A stretch of DNA of 64,000 bases from Pseudomonadota bacterium (GCA_021845865.1 JAJZVC010000003.1:25618-89617), one strand, 5' to 3'. Positions 28,346-37,525 are shown, counted from the stretch's first letter. Numbers and translations are program-made. The notes: generated by a model from the letters alone, not told the origin.

Positions 28346-29107
28346 ATGACGATTATTGCCGTATTCAACCAGAAAGGCGGTGTTGGCAAGACCACCACCA
28401 GCCTCAACCTGACCGCCGCCCTCGCCCGCAAAGAGATGGAGCCCCTGGCCATCGACCTGGACCCCCAGGCCCACCTCTCCGCCATCAGCGGCACGGCGGT
28501 CAGCATCGGCGACAACAGCATTTTCGGCTTCTACAAGGAGCTCAAATCCCTGGAGGAGCTGGTACAGCAAACCGAGGCCGGCTACCGGGTGATTCCTTCC
28601 CACTTCGAGCTATCCAAAGTGGACTCCCTTTTCGGCAAGGGCCCCAAGGTCATCAATCGCCTCAAAACCGGCATTCAGGCGGAAATGCTCGACCAGGGAG
28701 GCCCCATCGTCATCGACTGCTGCCCCATGCTGGGCGTTTTATCGCTGAACGCCATCTTTGCCTCGTCCAAGGTGCTGGTGCCGATCTCCACCGATTTCCT
28801 GGCCGTCAAGGGCGCCATGCAGCTGGAACGCTCCCTGAAGGCCCTGGAACACGTGCTGAAAAAGCGGGTCGAGCGCCGCTACGTCATCACCCGCTTCGAC
28901 TCCCGCCGCAAACTGTCCTGGGAAATCGTCGAACAACTGCGCGACAAATTCGGCGACGAATTGTGCGAAACCCGCATCGCGGAAAATGTCAGCCTCACCG
29001 AAAGCCCCGCCTACAACCGCGACATCTTCCGACACGCCCCCCACAGCCAGGGCGCCAAAGACTACGAATTTTTGCTGGAAGAACTGGCCAGCAGCGGTTT
29101 TCTGTAA
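28346..29107 (+). CDS. ParA/Soj-family ATPase (orphan, adjacent to the che genes)
   Basis: 253 aa with the deviant Walker A AVFNQKGGVGKTTT, plus DLDPQ and VIDCCP. No parB or parS is nearby. Confidence 0.85.
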   Translation: MTIIAVFNQKGGVGKTTTSLNLTAALARKEMEPLAIDLDPQAHLSAISGTAVSIGDNSIFGFYKELKSLEELVQQTEAGYRVIPSHFELSKVDSLFGKGPKVINRLKTGIQAEMLDQGGPIVIDCCPMLGVLSLNAIFASSKVLVPISTDFLAVKGAMQLERSLKALEHVLKKRVERRYVITRFDSRRKLSWEIVEQLRDKFGDELCETRIAENVSLTESPAYNRDIFRHAPHSQGAKDYEFLLEELASSGFL

Positions 29108-29302
29108 TCACGGACACGGCCCCTCCCTCACCCTGAATTCCCCTGGCATAAACCCAAACGCCGCCCAACGAAGCATTTGCAAATTATTGCAAGCAAATTT
29201 AAAGTATCAGTATCGGCGGAATGTGCGCCCAAAACCGCTATCATTATTGGGCCCAATTACCGGAACAGCGGTGTTTAAAAAATATAAATCGGAGCTTCCG
29301 AG

Positions 29303-30247
29303 ATGTCCGAACTACTAAAAAGCATTGACGCGCGAACCAAGCTAGCGGGTACCAACAAGCTGGAGATTCTGCTCTTTTCCCTTGGCATGGACACGCGCAC
29401 TGGCCGTACCGAGACTTTCGGCATTAACGTATTCAAGGTGCGCGAGGTAATGCGCGTGCCGGAAATCACCCACGCCCCGGAAATGCCGCCTTCCGTCGAA
29501 GGCATGGTCAGCCTGCGGGGCGTGTTGGTCCCCGTCATCGATCTGATCAAGTACACCGGCGTGCAGTCCGACAAGAAGCCGGACATCATGATCGTGACCG
29601 AATACAATGGCCGCACCCAGGGCTTCCTGGTGGAAAGCGTGGACACCATTCTGCGGCTTGAATGGTCCTCCATGCGCGTCCCGCCCGACATGCTCAATGC
29701 CCAGATGGGCGGCCTCATCACCGCCGTGACCGAACTGCCCGACGGCCGGCTGATCATGGTGATGGACGTGGAAAAGATTCTCGCCGAGACCACTCACACC
29801 GCCGAAGACGACATGGTGTTCTCTTCCATCCCTCCCCTGGAGCGTCCGGACCGCACGGTTTTCTTCGCCGACGACTCCTATGTCGCCCGCAAGCAGATCG
29901 AGAAAACCCTGGAAGCTCTCGGCGCCCGCTACGTCGCCTGCGTCAACGGCGCCCAGGCGTGGGAGGAGCTGAAGAAAATCGCCGCCCAGGCGGACTCGGT
30001 ACACCGCCCGGTGAAGGATTTCGTCCAGCTGGTGCTCACCGACATCGAGATGCCCGAAATGGACGGCTACATGCTGACCAAGAACATCAAGAGCGATGCC
30101 CGTTTCGCCGGCATCCCGGTGATCATGCACTCCTCGCTGTCCGGCATGTCGAACCAGCAGCTGGGGCGCTCCGTCGGTGTCGACGAATACGTATCCAAAT
30201 TCGAACCTCAAAAACTGGCGGCCACCATTACCCGCCTGCTCGCCTAA
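29303..30247 (+). CDS. cheV: chemotaxis coupling protein CheV (CheW-like domain + receiver)
   Basis: 314 aa. The N-terminal CheW-like domain reads LEILLFSLG...FGINVFKVREV...VSLRG. The C-terminal receiver reads VFFADDSYVARK...LVLTDIEMPEMDGY...SKF. Confidence 0.9.
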   Translation: MSELLKSIDARTKLAGTNKLEILLFSLGMDTRTGRTETFGINVFKVREVMRVPEITHAPEMPPSVEGMVSLRGVLVPVIDLIKYTGVQSDKKPDIMIVTEYNGRTQGFLVESVDTILRLEWSSMRVPPDMLNAQMGGLITAVTELPDGRLIMVMDVEKILAETTHTAEDDMVFSSIPPLERPDRTVFFADDSYVARKQIEKTLEALGARYVACVNGAQAWEELKKIAAQADSVHRPVKDFVQLVLTDIEMPEMDGYMLTKNIKSDARFAGIPVIMHSSLSGMSNQQLGRSVGVDEYVSKFEPQKLAATITRLLA

Positions 30248-30280
30248 GGGCGGCTTGTTGAGCACCATGGGAGATTACTG

Positions 30281-31213
30281 ATGGCAGACACCCCCGCGTT
30301 GCTGGATAAAATCACCGGCAAAACGACGCTCGCCGGCTCCAATAAGATGGAGATACTCCTCTTTTCCCTCGGCACGGGGGAAATCTTCGGCATCAACGTG
30401 TTCAAGGTGCGCGAGGTGTGCCAAACTCCCTCCATCACCAAGACCCCCAACATGCCCGAAGGCATCGATGGCGTGATCTCCCTGCGAGGCAACATCATCC
30501 CGGTCATTTCCCTGGCCCGCTTCATCCAGCTCTCCGGCGCGCCGGAAGACACCGGCCACACCATGATCGTCACCGAGTTCAGCCGCCACACCCAGGGCTT
30601 CCTGGTCCACGAGGTGGACCGAATCATCCGCGTCGACTGGGACCGGGTGAAGCCGCCCCAGACCATGCTGGCCGGCAACGACGGCCTGATCACCGCCATC
30701 ACCGAACTGGATGACGGCCGCCTGGTTTCCATTCTGGACGTGGAACAGATCCTGGCCAACGCCATCGGCATCGAGCCCGTCCCCGAACTGCCCCCGGTTG
30801 AAACGGAAGTCGAGCGCACCGTGTTCTTCGCCGACGACTCCGCCGTGGCCCGCAAGGAAATCGTCATGGTGCTGGATAAACTGGGGGTCAAATACATCCA
30901 GGCCAACGACGGCGGGGAAGCCTGGGAACGGCTGCAGAACCTCGCCTCCCGCCCCCAGCAGGAGGGCACCTCCCTGCGCGACCAGATCAGCCTGATCCTG
31001 ACCGATGCCGAAATGCCGGAAATGGATGGCTACGTCCTGACCAAGAACATCAAGTCCGACCACCGCTTCGACGGCATTCCCGTGGTGATGCACTCCTCCC
31101 TGTCATCGGAAGCCAACAAGATCATGGGCCAGCGCGTCGGCGTCGACACCTACGTGGCCAAGTTCGACCCGGTGGAACTGGCCGAAACCCTTCGTCCCTT
31201 ACTGCTGCGATAA
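30281..31213 (+). CDS. cheV: chemotaxis coupling protein CheV, second tandem paralogue
   Basis: 310 aa, collinear with the upstream CheV (MEILLFSLG...FGINVFKVREV...LILTDAEMPEMDGY...AKF). Confidence 0.9.
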   Translation: MADTPALLDKITGKTTLAGSNKMEILLFSLGTGEIFGINVFKVREVCQTPSITKTPNMPEGIDGVISLRGNIIPVISLARFIQLSGAPEDTGHTMIVTEFSRHTQGFLVHEVDRIIRVDWDRVKPPQTMLAGNDGLITAITELDDGRLVSILDVEQILANAIGIEPVPELPPVETEVERTVFFADDSAVARKEIVMVLDKLGVKYIQANDGGEAWERLQNLASRPQQEGTSLRDQISLILTDAEMPEMDGYVLTKNIKSDHRFDGIPVVMHSSLSSEANKIMGQRVGVDTYVAKFDPVELAETLRPLLLR

Positions 31214-31306
31214 TCTCGTCCATGTCCCATTACCCCACCCCCGCCTCGACCGGCCGCGAAGCTGCGTATAATAAGGCCGGCATTCCCATTGCATGTGGAG
31301 CAACAC

Positions 31307-31714
31307 ATGGCTGACAAGAACATGAAATTCCTCGTGGTGGATGATTTTTCCACCATGCGCCGCATCGTGCGCAACCTGCTCAAGGAACTCGGATACACCA
31401 ACGTCGACGAAGCCGAGGATGGCGTCGTCGGCCTGCAGAAACTCAAGGGTGGCGGCAACTTCGAGTTCGTGGTCACCGACTGGAACATGCCCAACATGAC
31501 CGGCATCGACCTGTTGCGCGCCATTCGCGCCGACGCCAGCCTGAAACACCTGCCGGTGCTGATGATCACCGCTGAAGCCAAGAAGGAAAACATCATCGAG
31601 GCCGCCAAAGCCGGCGCCAGCGGGTACATCGTCAAGCCCTTCACCGCGGCCACCCTGGAGGAGAAACTGGAAAAGATCTTCCAAAACGTAGAAAAAGCTA
31701 AAGGAGGTGCGTAG
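31307..31714 (+). CDS. cheY: chemotaxis response regulator CheY
   Basis: [20 protein letters not shown]...[12 protein letters not shown]...YIVKPF. The start is set at the ATG at 31307, with GTGGAG 6 nt upstream. Confidence 0.95.
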   Translation: MADKNMKFLVVDDFSTMRRIVRNLLKELGYTNVDEAEDGVVGLQKLKGGGNFEFVVTDWNMPNMTGIDLLRAIRADASLKHLPVLMITAEAKKENIIEAAKAGASGYIVKPFTAATLEEKLEKIFQNVEKAKGGA

Positions 31715-32451
31715 TGAGCAACGAAAGCGGCGACAATCCCGAACTGGAAGCGCTCTTCGACAGCATCGCCTACGCCGACGTTCAACCGATCGAAGGCGAA
31801 GCCACCGTCGTCGAGGAGAGCCATGAAACGGCAGCCCCTAGCGGCTCCGCTGAAGACGTCTATTCCCAGATCGGCCACGCCACCCGCAAGCTGCACGACA
31901 CCTTGCGCGAACTGGGTTACGACAAGTCCCTGGAAGACGCGGCATCGGCCATGCCCGACGCCCGGGAACGGCTGACCTACATCGCCACCCTGACCGAAAA
32001 AGCCGCCGAGCGCGTGCTGACGGCCACGGAAAAGGCCAAGCCGATTCAGGAAAAAATCGAAAGCAGCGCCGCCACCCTCGGCAAGCAATGGCAGAAGGTT
32101 TTCGACAACCAGATGGGGGTGGACGAATTCAAGCAGCTGGCCCAGCAGACACGGGATTTCCTCAACGGCCTGCCGACCCAGACCCAGGCCACCAACGCCC
32201 AGCTGCTGGAAATCATGATGGCCCAGGACTTCCAGGACCTCACCGGCCAAGTGATCAAGAAGGTGATCGCCCTGGCCCAGGACCTGGAAGTGCAGTTGCT
32301 GCAGGTCCTGGTGGCCAGCACGCCGCCGGAAAAGCGCAAGAACCTCGGCGACGACCTGCTCAACGGCCCGGTCATCAACGCCGAAGGCCGCTCCGACGTG
32401 GTCACCAGCCAGGAGCAGGTGGACGAACTGCTGGCGAGCCTGGGTTTTTAA
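31714..32451 (+). CDS. cheZ: CheY-P phosphatase CheZ
   Basis: 245 aa with the motif MAQDFQDLTGQVIKKV (catalytic Gln region) and a C-terminal CheY-binding peptide (QVDELLASLGF). The GTG start overlaps the cheY stop. Confidence 0.9.
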   Translation: MSNESGDNPELEALFDSIAYADVQPIEGEATVVEESHETAAPSGSAEDVYSQIGHATRKLHDTLRELGYDKSLEDAASAMPDARERLTYIATLTEKAAERVLTATEKAKPIQEKIESSAATLGKQWQKVFDNQMGVDEFKQLAQQTRDFLNGLPTQTQATNAQLLEIMMAQDFQDLTGQVIKKVIALAQDLEVQLLQVLVASTPPEKRKNLGDDLLNGPVINAEGRSDVVTSQEQVDELLASLGF

Positions 32452-32490
32452 GTTAAGCTAACAACAACGCGACACATAAGGGAAGCGACG

Positions 32491-34305
32491 ATGAGCCACT
32501 TCGCCGGAATGGAAGACCTGCTGGCCGATTTCCTCACGGAAGCGGGGGAACTGCTGTCCGACGTGGACAACAAGCTGGTGGAACTGGAGAAACAGCCAGG
32601 GGACAAAAACCTCCTGAACGACATCTTCCGCGGTTTCCACACCATCAAGGGCGGCGCCGGCTTTCTCAACGCGACCCCGTTGGTGGAGCTCTGCCACCGT
32701 ACCGAAAACCTCTTCGACCAACTGCGTTCCGGCAATCTTACCCTGACACCGGAAATCATGGATGTGATCATGAATGCCACCGCCACGGTGCGCAACATGT
32801 TCGCCTCCCTGCAGCAGCAGCAGATGCCGGCCCCCGCCGACGCCTCGATCTTGAGCTCCCTCGACGCCATTCTGGCCGGAGAATCTCCGGTGGCCGCCGC
32901 GCCGGCCGCCGCTCCCGCCCCTGCCGCCGCAAGCGGCAGCGAGCCCAACTGGCCCGTCTTGCTGAACGCCGTTGCCGGGCAAGCCGCGGCACCCGCGCCC
33001 GCCCCTGCCGCCGCGCCGGCCATGCCAGCGGAGGCCGCGCCCCGCATGGAAGCCATTCAGTCGATACAGCCCCTCAAGACCAAGACCGTTGCCGCCACCC
33101 AGGCCCCCGCCGCCAAGGAAACCACCATCCGCGTCGACACCAACCGCCTCGACATGGTGCTCAACCTTTCGGGGGAAATCGGCCTCACCAAGAACCGTCT
33201 CACCACCCTGCGGGCCGATATTCTGTCCGGCAAAACCGACGCCGGCACCCTGAAGGCCCTGGACGAGGCCGTCAGCCAACTCGACCTGCTGGTGGGCGAT
33301 CTGCAGAACGCGGTGATGAAGACCCGCATGCAGCCCATCGGCCGCCTGTTCCAGAAATACCCCCGCCTGGCCCGCGACGTTGCCCGCCAGCTGGGCAAGG
33401 ACGTGGAACTGGTCCTGGCGGGCGAGGAAACCGAGATCGACAAGACCATGATCGAGGACCTCAACGATCCGCTGGTGCACCTCATCCGCAACGCCGTGGA
33501 CCACGGCGTCGAAACCACCGAGGACCGCCTGGCCGCGGGAAAACCCGCCAAGAGCCTGGTGCGCTTGTCGGCCATGCAGATCGGCGACCACATCATCATC
33601 GAGATCGCCGACGACGGCAAAGGAATGCGCCCCGACGTCCTGCGCCGCAAGGCCGTGGAAAAGGGTCTCATCGACATGGAGACCGCCAACTCCCTGGATG
33701 ACCGGCAGAGCTTCAACCTCATCTTCCTCCCCGGCTTCTCCACCAAGGAACAGATTTCCGACGTCTCCGGCCGCGGCGTGGGCATGGATGTGGTAAAAAC
33801 CAACATCTCCAAGCTCAACGGCCGCATCGACATCAATTCCCAGGCGGGGCACGGCACCACCATCACCATCTCCCTGCCCCTCACCCTGGCGATTCTGCCC
33901 GTGCTGCTGGTGCGCCTGGGCGAGCAGCCCTTCGCCGTTCCCTTGTCCCTGGTGCGGGAAATCATCCCCATCAACCCCAAGGAAATCCAGCAGGTGTCCG
34001 GCCGGGCCACCATGGTGGTGCGGGACGAGGTGCTGCCGGTCCGCTCCCTGGCCAGCCTCATCGGCTGGGCGGAGAAAATGCCCGCCTACGGCGTCCTCAT
34101 GCAGACTGCCGAAACCACTTTCATCCTCGGCATCGACGGCTTCCTCGGCCGCGACGACGTGGTGATCAAGCCCCTGCTGGACATCAAGCCGCGCGGAATC
34201 GCCGGCGCCACCCTGTCCGGCGACGGCGATGTGGTATTGGTCCTGGACATGGAAGAGTTGCTCAACATGTCCAGCAACGAAACCCGCGCGGCGCTGTTCG
34301 TTTGA
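32491..34305 (+). CDS. cheA: chemotaxis histidine kinase CheA (no recognisable P2 domain)
   Basis: Hpt domain with FRGFHTIKGGAGF, then ~80 aa of Ala/Pro-rich linker. The dimerisation domain starts at TIRVDTNRLD. HATPase boxes are HLIRNAVDHG, DDGKGM and GRGVGMDVV. A C-terminal CheW-like domain follows. Confidence 0.95.
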   Translation: MSHFAGMEDLLADFLTEAGELLSDVDNKLVELEKQPGDKNLLNDIFRGFHTIKGGAGFLNATPLVELCHRTENLFDQLRSGNLTLTPEIMDVIMNATATVRNMFASLQQQQMPAPADASILSSLDAILAGESPVAAAPAAAPAPAAASGSEPNWPVLLNAVAGQAAAPAPAPAAAPAMPAEAAPRMEAIQSIQPLKTKTVAATQAPAAKETTIRVDTNRLDMVLNLSGEIGLTKNRLTTLRADILSGKTDAGTLKALDEAVSQLDLLVGDLQNAVMKTRMQPIGRLFQKYPRLARDVARQLGKDVELVLAGEETEIDKTMIEDLNDPLVHLIRNAVDHGVETTEDRLAAGKPAKSLVRLSAMQIGDHIIIEIADDGKGMRPDVLRRKAVEKGLIDMETANSLDDRQSFNLIFLPGFSTKEQISDVSGRGVGMDVVKTNISKLNGRIDINSQAGHGTTITISLPLTLAILPVLLVRLGEQPFAVPLSLVREIIPINPKEIQQVSGRATMVVRDEVLPVRSLASLIGWAEKMPAYGVLMQTAETTFILGIDGFLGRDDVVIKPLLDIKPRGIAGATLSGDGDVVLVLDMEELLNMSSNETRAALFV

Positions 34306-34310
34306 TTCGC

Positions 34311-34354
34311 CTCCCCTTTCCGGCCTTGCGCGCGAGGAAAGACGGAAAGGGGAG
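34311..34354 (+). other. 12-bp perfect stem-loop between cheA and the EAL-HDOD gene
   Basis: CTCCCCTTTCCG (34311-34322) pairs with CGGAAAGGGGAG (34343-34354) around a 20-nt loop. No T-run follows. The right arm contains the only SD-like sequence ahead of the ATG at 34366. Confidence 0.6.
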
Positions 34355-34365
34355 CTTCCCTATTC

Positions 34366-35580
34366 ATGACTGACCAGGCATACATCGGCCGCCAGCCCAT
34401 CCTGGACCGGCAGCAGAAAATCATCGGCTACGAGCTGCTGTTCCGCCACAGCGCCGAGGCTTCCAGCGCCCAGGTCATCAGCGACCTGCACGCGGGCACC
34501 AGCGTTCTCGCCAATACCCTCAGCAACATCGGCACCAACTGGCTGGTCGCCGACAAACTGGCCTTCATCAATCTCTCCAACCCCATGCTCGAGACGGATT
34601 TCATCGAGCTGCTGCCGCCGGAAAAAATCGTCCTCGAACTCCTGGAAACCACCCAGCCCACCCCCGAACTGCTCGCCCGCTGCCGCGAACTCCGTGCCCG
34701 CGGTTTCGGGATCGCCCTCGACGATTTCGAGTATTCGCCGGCCATCGCGCCTCTTCTCGACGTGGCGCAGTACGTCAAGGTGGATATCCGCCTTACCGCC
34801 TTGGCCCAAATACCCCCCGTCATCCAGAAGATGGAAGCCTACCCGGTCAAGCTGTTGGCGGAAAAAGTCGAAACCCGGGCCGAGTTCGACGAATGCAAGA
34901 AACTGGGGTTCCATTATTTCCAGGGCTACTATTTTGCCCGCCCGGAAACCCTATCGGCCAAGGTCATCAACCCCGCCCACGCCCATGTGCTGGAGTTGCT
35001 GAACAAGGTTCGCAACAACGCCGACCTGGCCGATATAGACCGCCTGTTCAAGCGGGACGTGGCCTTGTCCTTCAAGCTGCTGCGCTACATCAACTCGGTG
35101 GGCTTTGGGCTCTCCTGCGAAATCCAGTCCATCAAGCATGCCCTCACCATTCTCGGCTACCAGCAGCTTTACCGTTGGCTCACCCTGCTGCTGGTCACCG
35201 CGAAGGAAGATTCCACGCCCCCCGCCCTGATGAAGACCGCCATCATCCGCGGCCGCCTGACGGAGTTGCTGGGGCAGAACTACCTGGAAAAACAGGATCG
35301 GGACAACCTGTTCATCGTCGGCGTCTTCTCGCTCCTCGACGTGATGCTGGAAATGCCCATGGACAAGGTTCTCGAACAGCTCAATTTGCCGGAGAACATC
35401 TGCGACGCTCTTCTCTTGCGGCAGGGCATTTACGGTCCCTTCCTCGCTCTGGCCGAGGCCTGCGAAGGAACGGACATCGCGCAGCTGCAGCAATTGGCCG
35501 AATCCCTGCAACTGGAGCCGGATACCGTCAACAAGGCGCACCTCGACGCCCTCAAGTGGGTGGAAGGGTTGGGCATCTGA
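34366..35580 (+). CDS. EAL + HDOD domain protein (probable c-di-GMP phosphodiesterase)
   Basis: EAL-domain catalytic signature residues are present in order: GYELLFR, FINLS, VLELLET, ALDDFEYS, YVKVD, LAEKVET, FQGYYF. The C-terminal half is HDOD-like (SFKLLRYINSVGF...SIKHALTILG). Confidence 0.8.
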   Translation: MTDQAYIGRQPILDRQQKIIGYELLFRHSAEASSAQVISDLHAGTSVLANTLSNIGTNWLVADKLAFINLSNPMLETDFIELLPPEKIVLELLETTQPTPELLARCRELRARGFGIALDDFEYSPAIAPLLDVAQYVKVDIRLTALAQIPPVIQKMEAYPVKLLAEKVETRAEFDECKKLGFHYFQGYYFARPETLSAKVINPAHAHVLELLNKVRNNADLADIDRLFKRDVALSFKLLRYINSVGFGLSCEIQSIKHALTILGYQQLYRWLTLLLVTAKEDSTPPALMKTAIIRGRLTELLGQNYLEKQDRDNLFIVGVFSLLDVMLEMPMDKVLEQLNLPENICDALLLRQGIYGPFLALAEACEGTDIAQLQQLAESLQLEPDTVNKAHLDALKWVEGLGI

Positions 35581-35630
35581 AGCTGCTTATTAATTCAATA
35601 ACTTGGTTGCCGTCTCGCCCGCGGCTTCCC

Positions 35631-35636
35631 TATAAT
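35631..35636 (+). promoter_or_regulatory. consensus -10 hexamer TATAAT 8 nt upstream of the kinase-like gene ATG
   Basis: TATAAT is at 35631-35636 and the ATG at 35645. An in-frame TAA lies just upstream, so no earlier start is possible, and there is no SD in between. A possible -35 (TTGCCG) sits at 18-nt spacing. Confidence 0.3.
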
Positions 35637-35644
35637 GTGGACCT

Positions 35645-37525
35645 ATGACCACGGACGAGAAGACAGCGGACAGCCATCTGATCCGGATCGAAAAGCACTA
35701 CGGCGACGAAGGAAGCGAGCGCTGGTGCAAGCTTCTCTCCCCCGACTTTCCCGCCGCCGCCTACTGGCTGTGCCACGAGGCTCAAATCCTGCAGGAGTTT
35801 CACAATAGCCACCCCGCCGTGGCCAAGTTCGTCTCCCTGGATTTGGACCGCCTGGCCCTCGTCATGGAGGCGCCGGGGCATTTGCTGTCCCAATTGCTGA
35901 GCGTGCCTGCCGAGGGGCTCCAGCACCCCTTCCAGCGCTCCAGCGACCTTATCCGGTTGCTGAACGCCGTTTGCCAGGCCGTCGCCTCCATCCACGCCAA
36001 GGGGGTCGTCCACGGCGGACTTCGATTGGACAACATCCTGCTCGGCCTCACCGACGAGGGGCGGGTCGACTTCGAATCCGTCAAGCTGATCGACTTCGCC
36101 AATAGCCACAGTCATCGCCACCCGCTCGAAAAGCCCCCCTTCCTCGATTCCCGTCAATCCCCGGACAAATCCGGCCTGTCCGAGGCCTATCTCAAGGCCC
36201 TGGCCAAGGACTGGGAGCACTATGCCCGCATCTGCGGCGAAGAAGGCCGGGGCAGCTGGGACGAACTCAGCGACAAGGCCAAGCGCCGCTATGGGGAAAC
36301 GCTGATTCCCTCCCTGCAGGTCAACCAGAACGACTGGCGGGCCGACCTTTACGCCCTCGGCTACTGGTTCCGCCAGCTTTCATTGTGGCGCATCGACTAT
36401 TACAGCGACGACCACCAGGAGCGCATCCCCAAGCTGCTGAAAAAGATGCAGAAACCGGTGTGGCAAGGCGGATTCAAGAGCATGGAAGCGGTCCTTCGGG
36501 AACTGGAGACCTTCGAACTCGACGCCAACCCGCCCATCGTCAGCGCCAACCCCGAGTTCGCCCCCCTGGAAGACCTGACTCCCCTTCCCAAGAGCGGCGC
36601 GCCGGCCTCCAATGGCAGCGACAATGAGTTTGCTCTCCCCCAAAAAACGGCGGCCGCCAGCGGCGCCATGCCCTCCCTGGGCGGCTCCCGGCCGGCCACT
36701 GGCGCCAGCCAACCGGCCGTGAGCGAGGGCGGAAAACGCAAGAAAGCCGCCGAAAAGAATGAGCCCCTGGCCATGCCACGGGTCAACTGGAAGGCCGCCG
36801 CCATTGCCGCCGTGGCCGTCATCTGGGTTGCCGCCTGGTTTGCCGTTTCGGGGAACAAGAAAGAAAATGCCGCAACGGAAAAGGAGCCGGAAGCGAAGCT
36901 TATTCTCCCTCCGTCCTCACCGGATCAGCCGGCGGAAAAACCTGCCGCGCCGGCGGCGCCTGCCCTCCCGCCCCCCGCCGTGGAGAAACCCGTCGAGGCC
37001 GACGCCGGGGCCGGCGGCGAAATCCCGCCGGTCAATGCCAAAGAAGCCTTCGGCTATTACCTCAAACGGGCCAATAGCGGCGACGCGGCCGCCCAAGCCA
37101 AGATCGGCCAGATGTACCGGGAAGGCCGCGGCACCGGGCAAAATTTCGCCGATGCGGTGAAGTGGTACCGCAAGGCCGCCGAGCAGGGCAACGCTGAAGG
37201 CCAGGCCCGCCTCGGCTTCATGTACATGACCGGCCTGGGGGTCAAGAAGGACGAGGCGGAGGCGCTGAAATGGCACCGCAAGGCCGCCGAACAGGGGAGT
37301 GCCATCGGCCAGTACAACCTCGGCTTGATGTACCTCAACGGCAGAGGCGTGACGGCGAACACTATCCAGGCCTACATGTGGCTCAAGCTCGCCTCGGCCC
37401 AGGACAGCGCCGCACGGGAAAAACTGCGCGCCCTGGTCCCGCGCATGAGCAACGTGGACGTTCTGGAAGCGGAACGCCTGGCCGACGAGTGGCGCCACAA
37501 ACATAGCGGAACGGATATCCGATGA
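35645..37525 (+). CDS. membrane protein with a protein-kinase-like N-domain, one TM segment, a Pro/Ala linker and C-terminal Sel1 repeats
   Basis: 626 aa. Kinase-like motifs occur in order: HEAQILQEF, LVMEAPG, HGGLRLDNIL (aa 123-132) and KLIDFANS. The TM segment is WKAAAIAAVAVIWVAAWFAVSG. Three Sel1 units match the pattern A..KIGQMYREGRG..QNFADAVKWYRKAAEQGNAEGQ. Confidence 0.7.
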   Translation: MTTDEKTADSHLIRIEKHYGDEGSERWCKLLSPDFPAAAYWLCHEAQILQEFHNSHPAVAKFVSLDLDRLALVMEAPGHLLSQLLSVPAEGLQHPFQRSSDLIRLLNAVCQAVASIHAKGVVHGGLRLDNILLGLTDEGRVDFESVKLIDFANSHSHRHPLEKPPFLDSRQSPDKSGLSEAYLKALAKDWEHYARICGEEGRGSWDELSDKAKRRYGETLIPSLQVNQNDWRADLYALGYWFRQLSLWRIDYYSDDHQERIPKLLKKMQKPVWQGGFKSMEAVLRELETFELDANPPIVSANPEFAPLEDLTPLPKSGAPASNGSDNEFALPQKTAAASGAMPSLGGSRPATGASQPAVSEGGKRKKAAEKNEPLAMPRVNWKAAAIAAVAVIWVAAWFAVSGNKKENAATEKEPEAKLILPPSSPDQPAEKPAAPAAPALPPPAVEKPVEADAGAGGEIPPVNAKEAFGYYLKRANSGDAAAQAKIGQMYREGRGTGQNFADAVKWYRKAAEQGNAEGQARLGFMYMTGLGVKKDEAEALKWHRKAAEQGSAIGQYNLGLMYLNGRGVTANTIQAYMWLKLASAQDSAAREKLRALVPRMSNVDVLEAERLADEWRHKHSGTDIR

